From Ginglymostoma cirratum (taxonomy: Eukaryota): a stretch of 64,000 nt of DNA. The position numbers and the translations under genes are program-made. How positions within the stretch are numbered: the first letter of the stretch is position 1; every line of letters starts with the position of its first letter. This document shows, in pieces, positions 13,830-23,960 of this stretch. The notes beneath the pieces were generated by a model. The model had not been told where the DNA came from, made no database searches, and saw nothing but the letters and a program-made list of their open reading frames with translations. The stretch is taken from positions 5,132,250-5,196,249 of the forward strand of contig JAHRHZ010000073.1 of assembly GCA_024137785.1 (NCBI GenBank). The letters run 5' to 3'.

Positions 13830-15380
13830 AGGGAAATAGCACCGGGGAAATTGATGGGATTAAAATTGATCAATCCACAGGACCGGATAATTTACATCTC
13901 AGAATACTTAAGGAAGTGGCTCTAGAAATAGTGGATGTAATAGTGATCATCTTTTAAGGTTGTATGGACTCTAGAACAATTTCTGTGCATGTTAGGGTAG
14001 CTAATGTAGCCACACTATTTAAAAAGGAGGCAGACAGAAACAGGGATTTATGGACAGGTTTACCTGACATCAATAACAGGGAGAAAGCTAGAGTCCATTA
14101 CACAAAATTTCATAGCACGGCACTTAGAAAGCAGTGACAGAATCAGACAGTCATCATGAACTTACAAAAAGAAAATCACGTTTGAAAATCTATTGGCATT
14201 TTTGAGATATAAGTGGTACAATTGACAAGTGAAGTCAATGGATGGAGTTTACTTGGACTTTCGGAAGACTTTCAATAGGATCTCACATCAGACAGTAGCA
14301 TGTAAAATTAAAACACATGGGAATAAGGGAAACGGAACTGGTAGGCAAACAGAAAACAAGGAGCTGGAATAAGGTGGCTGTTTTCTTCGACCAGCAGGCA
14401 GTGACTCGTGAGGAGTACGGGGAACAATGCACGGACTCATTTCACACAATGTATATTATTGATTAAGATGAGGGAGCTAAGTGTAATGTCTCCAAGTTTT
14501 AGGCGACACAAAGCTCGGTTGGAGGGTCAACTGACAGGAGCATGGAGAGATGCTTCAGGTATAATGTCCACAAGTTAAAAGAATGGAGAAAATGTGTGGT
14601 CGACATAGCATATGCGGTTAAATTGCAGGTATTCACTTTGGTAGCAAGAATAGGAAGGCAGATTATTACATGAATGGTGATAGATGAGGAAAGTGGGTGG
14701 TACAACAACAGCTTGGTGTCCTTGTGCACCAGTCGCGGAAAGTAAGTGATGCAAGTGCAGCAGGCAGTGAAGAAGGCAAATGGCATGTTGGCTTTTCTCG
14801 CAAGGGGATTCAAGTATAGGAACAGGGATGTCTCACTGCAATTGTGCACAGCCTTGGTGAGTCCACATCTGGAGAACTGTTTGCAATTTTGGTTCCCTTA
14901 TCTAAGGATAGCTGTTCCAGCTATGAAAGGAATATAACAAAGGTTTACCAGACTGATTCCTAGGATAGCAGGACTGATGTGTGAGAGAAACTAAATTGGT
15001 TAGGACCATATTCACTGGAGTTTTAGAAGAATGAGGAAGAATCAATAATAGAAGCCTGTAAAACTCTAACATGACAAGACAGGGTAAATGCAGGAAGGAA
15101 GAACCCAATGATCTGGGGGGAGGAGTGGGGGTGAGAAAGAGGTGTGTCCACAGCAAAGGGTCACAGATTATGGGTGTGGGGTAGGTCATTTAGGACTGAG
15201 ATGAGGAGAAATTTCTTCAGCCAGAGAATGGTCAGCCTGTAGAATTATCTACCCAGAAAGCAGCTGAGACCAACACATTGAATATTTTCAAGAAGGAAAT
15301 GTGCGACCATGATTATAATGAAACTCAGAGCACTCTCAAAGGACGGAATGGCCTATTCCTGCTGCTATTTTCTCTGTTTG
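13830..15380 (+). mobile_element. CR1 LINE ORF2 RT fragment (~1.5 kb), decayed
   Basis: The ANV.PLFKKG region (~14000-14030), the YLDFRK.F region (~14250) and ORF 14746-14937 (VKKANGMLAF..LVSPHLENCLQFW). Confidence 0.88.
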
Positions 15381-15402
15381 TGAAGTAACAAGACCCAAAC
15401 AG

Positions 15403-15836
15403 TATCAATGTGGATTTCACAAGCTTCAAAATCTCCCCTCCCCCAACCGCATCCCAAAACCAGCCCAGCTCATCTCCACCTCCCTAACCTGTTTTTCCTC
15501 TCACCCCAAGCCACACCCCCATCTCCTATCTACTAACATCATCCCGCCCCCTTGACCTGTCCGTCCTCCCTGGACTGACCTATCTCCTCCCTACCCCCCC
15601 ACCTACACTCACCTTTACTAGCTCCATCCCCGCCTCTTCGACTTGTCTGCCTCCTCTCCACCTATCCTCTCCTCTATCCATCCTCTATCTACCTCCCCCT
15701 CTCTCCCTATTTATTTCAGAACCGTCTTCCCCTCCCCCATTTCTGATGAAGGGTTTAGGCCCGAAACGTCAAGTTTTCCTGCTCCTATGATGCTGCTTGG
15801 CCTGCTGTGCTCATCCAGCCCCACGCCTTGTTATCT
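15403..15836 (+). mobile_element. Penelope-like element 3' end/pLTR
   Basis: The first ~160 nt are near-identical to 35804-35964, the 3' end of the GIY-YIG copy; contains a hammerhead-like core. Confidence 0.8.
15739..15774 (+). ncRNA. Putative minimal type I hammerhead ribozyme (PLE-associated)
   Basis: attt-CTGATGA-A-GGGT-ttag-GCCC-GAAAC-GTC-aagt: both catalytic boxes intact, 4-bp stem II, palindromic ACGT stem III, short stem I. Confidence 0.55.
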
Positions 15837-16489
15837 AGAATACGGTGTATAATGTTAATGGTGTTATAGATTCACAAATTATGGAAGGCATTGTCTACAT
15901 GACCATGGCAGCTAACCCTGGTGACTGGATTTGCTGCTAGTCCAACCTCATACACTTCTTGAGCACCTCACTTTCCTCATATATGTCCTCAGTTCTTGGC
16001 CATGCAATCCTCTATTTCAAACTCTTGGTCACACTCAATTTTGTTCCACTCATGTCTGTGAGCAGTGATGGGAGATAGCAAAACGATGAGCATTAAAATT
16101 TCCCTAATTATGGGACTACATGGTGATTGATATGACTCCTTCTATGCAAGGGATAGACTGGTTTAACAGAATTGAAGTTGGAAATTGAGAGTAAGAGGCA
16201 CTTTGCCCACATGATTCAACGCAAGTGGATAAAGGTTCATGTAAAGGAAACTTTGCTCCACGGTGAAACAACTTCCATTACCCCAACTTCAAAACTGCAC
16301 CACCCACTGCATCTATGTGGCAATTTCATTTGCCACACTAGACATATTTGTGGTGTCTCTGAGCGATACTGCTAATTCAGGACCAAATTATCAGTAATTT
16401 GGAATCTACTCATGCACATAAATCTAACTGAAAGCAACCAAAACCGATTTACTTTGAACTCCTGCATTATTAGAGAGAAGATATTTTCA

Positions 16490-16910
16490 TCACGCTGGCA
16501 AAAAGAAAAAGACTTGCATTTCCATAGCGCTATGGCAAGACCACAGAACATTCCAAAGTATGTTACAACCAATGAAACATTTTTGAAAATGTTGTCACTG
16601 TTATAATCTAGGTATACTGGGAATCATCTTTACATAGCATGCTCCCACAAACCGCAATGTGATAATGATGAGATAAACTACTTTGGTCACATTGATTGAG
16701 GTCTCAACATTGGCCGATTTACTGAGGATATCTCCCCTATGATTTTTTTCAAAGTAGTTCCAAGTGATATTTCATGTCTACTTGATAGAACAGTCAAGGC
16801 CTTGATTTAGTGACACAGTTAAAGGACTACATACCCAACACTGGAATATTGTGTCAGCTTCAGTTCATGTGCTCAAATCTCTGGAGTAGGAAATTAACAC
16901 ATTCTGCCAC
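16490..16910 (-). mobile_element. Deu-domain SINE (SacSINE1/AmnSINE1-like), decayed
   Basis: The reverse complement resembles the + strand copies at ~53780 and ~57610 (ttgattgagg..caacattggcc). Confidence 0.5.
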
Positions 16911-18680
16911 CGAACAAGATACAACCGACATATGACACCAAGTCTTAAGAATCGAAATCCCAGATGGGTAAGGTTTATTATTTGATATCCCTGAACCAGA
17001 CTGTTTATTCAAAAACTAGAACAATTCCCTGAAACTTTTACTAATAGTATTTTTAAATCACATGAAGCTCTATGTTCGGATCACAATTGTACGTAACTGG
17101 GGAACACACATATAATTACCAGGTTCTATTTTTGGAATAAACTTAATCCTGTATGTTAGAAATTGAGGAAGTCTTTACAGCATTATTTTTAATATTGACA
17201 GAGCACTTCAGTTGAGAGTATCTGAAAATATGCAAGCCTCACTGTTGTAATGGAGCTCAAATTTACTCCAGTAAAGGTCATGAAATCAATATGGTCAACT
17301 CGTCATTTCCTCAAACTTCAAAACATTATTCTTACTGCTCTTCTTCCTCCCTACAGCTTCATCTTATATCACTGGATTGAAATCAAGATCGTTCATAACA
17401 ATTCTCGGCCTGTCTCGGCTTTCCTCAGGGCTTAACAATTCTTCACTTAGTTTTCCTACCCACGACAATCTTCATACTGTAATGGTCCAAAATTAGTATT
17501 GCAACTGTTAATCTGTTTGTAGCTCTACCTTTTGCAACTTTAGTGATGTCCTCGGCCTCTGAATAAACCAAGTAAAAATGCAACATAGTAACGTTGATGC
17601 ATGAGATCTTCCTCTAGAATTTAATCGTACAAGATATTTTTCCTGGTATAACTGTGATGGTCTGCCATGGAGGAAGACAAAGTATGCAAAGTTGAAGTTC
17701 ATGAAAGCTGTGAAACTGTAAGCGGGACACTATATATATATACACACACATTTCAGTTCTAACATCAACTGCAATCCATTTGCAGTTATCGTGGTTTTGC
17801 AATTATAGATCATAAATAATTGGGGACAAAACAAAATTATTAAAATATAGTTGCTGGAACAAACTGCTACTAAGCATTAGTCTCCATTAGTTATATTTGT
17901 TATAATAACATGACAGATAATGTGGGAGTGTTTAAAGCTGAACACAATAATATAATTGACAACTCTAGAAACTACATGAGGTCAATTCACAGTGCTGGAT
18001 CCACAACTACTATCTGAATTACCTTAACAGAATTTGAATGACATGTTGCAGGGTCTAGACAATCAGTTATCTGTTTTTGTCAGCCAAATCTCTTGGGAGA
18101 TAAAGCCTAGCATAATGCGTCACCTCAGTATGCGGCTGACTAACATGGATCACGTTCTATTTAAAATAATACAACTTTGCCAATCCAAAACAGATTAAAT
18201 TGGATGTAGTATTTATGTTGTACTCAATTCATTCTGTACATCTGCAAATGCTTGATCATACATGAAAGGTTCTAATGTGGACATTTTGATTAGTTAATTT
18301 TGTTATTTTCCTTTAAGGTACACAGTCCAACCTTTCTATACATCATGCCATTATTATTATTATTTGCTTCAACTGCTCATTTATGTAAGTTTAGCTGCTC
18401 TCAGGCAAAAAAAAAACCCACTGAAAATCCAAATGAAGGTAATTGAGTTTGAAGTTTTCGAACAGAATGTGAATATACTGAAGTTGTTAAGCTTTCATAA
18501 AACACTTTTGTGGAGAAGAAAATGATTAATAAAAAAACTTTAGAATGTGATGACATTAGTATTAAACCAAAATATTGAATTGTTCCTTTATAATCCTTCA
18601 GAATTTTGAACTTGAGCGAAATGGAAAGGTTCTTAAGAATTCTTCTAAATATGATGGGAATTTGTTTTAGAAGTATTATC

Positions 18681-18873
18681 GCACATTTGGTTTTGAAAAC
18701 TGTCTGCATGGTCATGTTGAACACCAATCTGCAAGGAGACAACTAACCACAACAAAACCACAATCTACTACATTTTGAAAAGTTAAAAGAAATCAGCATA
18801 GCTATTACTTCCATTTAAAGGGAGGAGTTTTAAAATGTACAGCTGTCTAGTAGGAGTCTCTCATATATAAATA
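18681..18873 (+). promoter_or_regulatory. Proximal promoter of col10a1 paralog A
   Basis: CCAAT 18724-18728; two RUNX sites AACCACA at 18745-18751 and 18756-18762; TTTAAAGGGAGGAGTT 18814-18829; TATATAAATA 18864-18873. All are colinear with the B promoter. Confidence 0.8.
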
Positions 18874-18894
18874 CCAGCATCTATCTTTTTGAAA

Positions 18895-18984
18895 GCACTA
18901 CTACATCAGAACTTCCATGATTTCAAGGGGATAATCTATTGGGGATGTTAAACTGAAACACAGTCCAAGAGGCAAGATATGCAG
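18895..18984 (+). other. col10a1: col10a1-A exon 1 (5' UTR; TSS approximate)
   Basis: About 30 nt downstream of the TATA box; donor CAG|GTATGT at 18985; similar to B exon 1 (ggataatc.att.gg..gaggcaa..tatgc.g|gta.gt). Confidence 0.7.
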
Positions 18985-19346
18985 GTATGTTGTACTTCAA
19001 TTTTTAATCATGTTAACATGCAAAAGGATAAGGAGGCACGGTGCTAGATTAGAACTAGTTTTGGCTGCATTGGCAAATTAAGTTTGTATTATTCTCTTCA
19101 TGCAGTTCTCTGTCTTGGTTTGTTTATGTTGGTCTGAAACATGGGCATTAAGAATGGGGCCTACTCAAGATTTGTCAGTTTTTGCGTCCCCCCCCACCCC
19201 GCGTTCACTGCCAGACAGGTTGTTTGACAGAAGGAACCATTTTCAATGTCTCATGCGCGGTTTTATCAAGATGGTCTGCATCATTCTTCCTGTTAAAGAA
19301 TATAAACAAATATCTATTAAAATTCTTATAGATTCTATCCACAAGC

Positions 19347-19455
19347 ATGATTTCAGTGGAAACTGGTGCATTTCTGGTGTTCGTATCTGTTTCTCTGGTG
19401 AATGGAATAGGATACGTGGGATACAACCAATCACCATATAATACGAAAAGTCAGG
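19347..19455 (+). CDS. col10a1: col10a1-A coding exon (exon 2: signal peptide + NC2), MISVETGAFLVFVSVSLVNGIGYVGYNQSPYNTKSQ
   Basis: Acceptor cttatag|19332, then 15 nt of UTR before the ATG as in mammalian COL10A1 exon 2. Signal peptide ends SLVNG (human NLVHG). Phase-1 donor G|GTAAGT at 19456. Confidence 0.88.
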
Positions 19456-19740
19456 GTAAGTTTTCATCTCATTTGGAAACAATTATTTAAGATTGCTGTG
19501 CTTTGCACCAATTATATGATGAACAAAGTTATACAATCGTGCTCTGTAGTAAAGTGAAGACTGAAGTTGCTGGTTTACCTTTAGTCTGAGTAATATTTAT
19601 CTTATATCTTTTATCTTATAGATATCCCAAATTAGTAACAATTAGTTCTGTCTGTGCTCAAATAAACCAACCGTCAGGGTGTGCACAAGCGCTATGTTCA
19701 TGCAGTCAACTTTTAAATTTCCAATTGTCACAAGAAACAT

Positions 19741-19950
19741 AATAAAAACCGAAAGAACTGCAGATGCTGTAAATCAGGAACAAAAGCAAAGTTGCTGGAA
19801 AAGCTCTACAGGTCTGGCAGCATCTGTGAAGGAAAAAACAGAGTTAACGTTTCAGGTTCGGTCAGTGGACCTGAAACGTTAACTCTGTTTTTTTCCTTCA
19901 CAGACGCTGCCAGACCTGTAGAGCTTTTCCAGCAGCTTTGCTTTTGTTCC
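19741..19950. mobile_element. Fold-back Penelope-derived mini-element (~85-bp stem, 7-nt loop) with 15-bp TSD
   Basis: Arms 19775-19859 and 19867-19952 are near-perfect reverse complements; TSD TGTCACAAGAAACAT (19726-19740) / TGTCACAAAAAACAT (19951-19965). Confidence 0.85.
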
Positions 19951-21454
19951 TGTCACAAAAAACATCCCTTGCTTCCTATGACAAAAATTTCACAAGCTGA
20001 GGATTTCTCAGAGTAAATTACAGAATATTACACGTGTGTTGATAAAGCTGAATAATTTAATATCAAACATAATAAATATGTTCTATTTATTTCTCAGTCA
20101 TGTGATCAACACACAATGCTTATTGAAAGGAGCTTTCCTAATTTTTCAACTAGCTTCCCCTCATTGGCCTGACCAGAGGTGAAGAAAGGTTGCTGATCAT
20201 CATGTGAGACCTTTAACATTCCCATGCTTGTGAATGCTGGGTGGTGAAGTCTGAGAGAAACTGGCTGCAATCTGCTGCAAGTCAGCTGCTTGTAAGTAGT
20301 GAGGGTGAATGTGCAGATGTGCTCACAACCTAAGACAGGTCAGCAGTTCCTGTGCCCAATGTCACCATTTCCACTCCCACGATAATACAGTCCATCACTT
20401 ACTCTGATCTACAGGAGAGTAGAATACAGAAGGTGACTGACTCCCTCAAAGAATCTAATTATTTGATCCACCAATACCTTCACTGTGGAGCCTCGAAATT
20501 GTATGGCAGACATCTAAGCCTTGCCACACTGCTGTGCAAGCTCCACAATGGCATACCTGAAGGTGGTGACACTAGTCTGGATGGACAAGAGTGATGATGG
20601 ATGTAATCATCCACGTTCTGTTTTTCTCTTAACCTGTCTTATTACGCCAACCTATCCTTGCCAACGTGGCTAGAATGTCTTCAATGAATTTGAGCAGCGA
20701 ACTTGAAAATCTAATATTCTCGTTCACATTTCTTCAGACAATTTCAAACAGGTACACATGAGACATTACAACAATGCTGTAGAGGCTAGATCTCACACTT
20801 AGCTGTGGTGGTAGGATTCTATTGTACTCGAATATCTTGTACAACTATTTGTCTGATGTTTCCATTTCACACAAAATCCTCATCTCTGTCCCCTACAGCA
20901 GCACTGCGAGAGGCCTCACCCTCTGAAGAGGTCTATATTGGGCAGTCTCTGGATTTTCTGAGGGTGGCAGGTATTCCATTATGTGCAGAGCTTTCTGGCA
21001 TTACTATCCCCTTCAGGGACAGCACTGGATTTGGTGCCTGGAAGAGTGTGAAACTTGACACTTCATCCTTAGAGACCGATCTTCCCCATGACTTTCCCTG
21101 AACAAAAGACTGGTCATATTTCTTTGAAACAAGGAAAATAACCAAACATGATTGCACAAAAAGTAATCTTCGGGAGTTTATGAAACTGTATTCTTTTTTA
21201 TTTCATTTTCTACAGACTAAATCCTACAAAATGATTTCTCAATGGTTCAGTAGGTTTCCCAATGGAGTAGATAAACCAGGCAGAGAGAAGGTCTTTGACA
21301 AACTTGTTGATCTCAGAACAGCAGCAAACTGATCGATAAGCTTGCCAGCAAGGAAAAGAAAATTAGTGACACACTTCATATGTTTAAGATGCACAGAAAA
21401 ATGCAATGAGAATTCGCTTATTATTTCTACATTGTGGGCAATGAAATGGGGAGA

Positions 21455-21830
21455 TGGTGGCAAAACATGAATGTCACTGGGCTAATAATTCAGAAACCCA
21501 GGATAGTACTCTTGGGACATGAGGTAAAGTCTCACCACAGCAGTTGGTGGAAGCTGAGTATGATGAATAAAATTTGATACATAACGTGAGTCTCAATGGG
21601 AATGACTATGAAACTTTCATGCATTGTCATCAAAAACTCATCTGGTTCACTTGTGTCTGTTAGGGAGGGTACTCTGCAGTCCTTACCTTGTCTGACCTGC
21701 ATGTGATTCCAGAACTACAGCATTGTGGCCACAGTAATGGCCTAGAAAACCAAACAGCTCAAAGTCAAATATAGATGGACAGCAAAATTTGGCCTTGCCA
21801 ATAATGGCAACATCCCATGAAAGAACAATG
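21455..21830 (+). mobile_element. Shark SINE-like repeat (other copies ~37010-37290 -, 40430-40985 -, 48724-48907 +)
   Basis: Shared body catctggttcac..tagggagg..gtccttacc..tgtgattccaga..ggccttgcca..catcccatgaa recurs in the window. Confidence 0.65.
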
Positions 21831-21964
21831 GGAAAAAGTCCAGTTTGTTCAGTGCAGATCCTACAGTCGTGATTTTTAACTTAAAAAAAAGAGAAAGATG
21901 ACCCAACAACAAAATATTGCCTGCATGTCAGAGCCTGGGATGAGCCCCTTTCCCTTCCTCATCT

Positions 21965-22317
21965 TTTCAGATGTGTACCCTGTATTTAATCTCACACAGC
22001 TCCTTGCACACTTTCAGGAAAGCAGCTCAAGAACTGCACAGGCAATTTTTTGTGAGATTCTAAATTATCCAGTATGTTAACTAGAAAATGTTAAGTACTA
22101 TAGATGGAAGAGACTAAAAGGAAAAAGTATCATGATTCCAAAATAATGTCAACAGTTTGAGTGCATAACACATAAAAGTCATCTTTCAACTCAGCACTGT
22201 TGGTCTGAGATAGATTTTAACAATTGTTAATATTAACTAATCCGTACGTAATATGCACAAGTGCATTGATCGATGGAAAAATTTCCAAAATGGGAGGAGA
22301 AATTACAATTTAGCTGT
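21965..22317 (+). repeat. Direct duplication copy 1 (353 bp)
   Basis: >95% identical by eye to 23609-23960. Confidence 0.95.
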
Positions 22318-22391
22318 ATGTTCAAGTCAAATTTAATTTAGTTTGGTTATGTTATTTTTCTTGTAACTCACAACCTGTTTTAATAAAACAG

Positions 22392-22451
22392 GTTATGAAT
22401 TGAAAGGTGTTCCTTATCAGAGTCTTGAGGAAAATCCAAAGGGCATCACAG
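22392..22451 (+). CDS. col10a1: col10a1-A extra NC2 exon (60 nt, phase 1-1): (G)YELKGVPYQSLEENPKGIT
   Basis: aaaacag| acceptor, ACAG|GTAAGA donor, open in the required phase. Splicing to the last exon yields KGITVRGDPG (human KGIAVRGEQG). Resembles B exon 59169-59240. Confidence 0.8.
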
Positions 22452-23608
22452 GTAAGAAATAACTAGTATTTATATGTTTAACATAAGCCTTTTGTGATAT
22501 CAGATAGGTTATAATGTAAGTTAAATAAGTGTTTGTCCTATTTGACAAGAAAATTGTGAGAAATAAATGCTCATTCCAAGCTTTTTCTATCACCAACTTC
22601 ATGGCATAATTCATATCTAATTGATAAGAAAAAGAAATGGATCTCCGTAACAGCAGATTTCTACCCTGATAGTCTTATCACACGCAATACCAGTAGGAAG
22701 TTGATGGGGTGCTTGCTGTATTTCAAATCAATAATGTACCTTACATCATCATTTAGACATGCTCAAAATTTCTTTAGGAATTATGCAGTGAAAACTTCAC
22801 TGAAATAACAGTGTTTAAGATGTTGTGCATGGTTTTAAAATGTTACTGCACTGTTTAATTTGCACGCGGGGTGGGTAGAAATTTTTAGTTACCATTCTCA
22901 TTGATGTTTGGACCAATGTGCACTTCCCATCTTGCTCCAATTTGTCTATCCACCCACATTAAAGTAGCATCCTGGATTGCTGAGGACTAGATACATACAT
23001 TTAAAAAATGCAAAGAACGATGCAAGAAATTTTACTTACAACTTAAATAAATTTATTACTCATTTAAACAGTTTTGCGCCTGTCATTTATATATTTGTGG
23101 CAGTTATGTAAAACAATATTTTCTGAACAAATGCAACCATACCAAGGTGTTCGGGAAACTTGCGATATCTGTATTTTTTTGAAAGGAAAAGAAGAATGAT
23201 CAGCAAAGAGATCAAGGAAGGTGGAACTGGACCAAAGATGGTCTGCACCCACCCTCATATGCATCTTTACAACCTGAGGTGGATCTAACTAAAACTGCCA
23301 CAAGCCATCGATCCTAAAGAAAGCTGAGACTGATTTATGTCAATGTTGCAACATGGATCTGAGCCGCGCCTTGTCCACAGGCATATCTCTAAATCTTCCA
23401 AAGGACCCACCCACCAGCAACTTCAATTGTAACTGGCAATCCATAGCACACATATGTAAAGTGTGGGGCCTGTACCCTGTTTATTCAAGGGGCAATTTCA
23501 CCTTACCTGTAAGCAACCATCAGAGAACTTTGCAGTTTTAACAAAAAACAACTGGATATCCAAAGGCCCAAGGATAATGGCTATGGATTAAACTCAAGAT
23601 CTTATTTG

Positions 23609-23960
23609 TTTCAGATGTTTACCCTGTATTTAATCTCACACAGCTACCTTGCACACTTTCAGGAAAGCAGCTCAAGAACTGCACAGGCAATTTTCTGAGA
23701 TTCTAAATTATCCGGTATGTTAACTAGAAAATGTTAAGTACTATAGATGGAAGAGACTAAAAGGAAAAAGTATCATGATTCCAAAATAATGTCAACAGTT
23801 TGAGTGCCAAACACATAAAAGTCATCATTCAACTCAGCACTGTTGGTCTGAGATAGATTTTAACAATTGTTAATATTAACTAATCCGTATGTAATATGCA
23901 CAAATGCATTGATCAATGGAAAAATTTCCAAAATGGGAGGAGAAATTACAATTTAGCTGT
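23609..23960 (+). repeat. Direct duplication copy 2 (352 bp)
   Basis: >95% identical by eye to 21965-22317. Confidence 0.95.

Noticed and set aside
1-18600. Minus-strand nt5dc1 exons expected from synteny (also searched 61400-64000)
   Set aside because: Spot checks (e.g. ~9300-9420, ~62650-62690) found no convincing match. The window may lie wholly inside the host intron; tBLASTn with NT5DC1 would decide.
21216-21250. Strong acceptor ttcattttctacag in intron 2 of A
   Set aside because: Immediate stop (G|AC TAA) in phase 1 and no good donor.
21971-22071. Open frame DVYPVFNLTQLLAHF... after ttttcag in duplication copy 1
   Set aside because: The donor would be phase 0 (incompatible), and copy 2 has frame-breaking indels.
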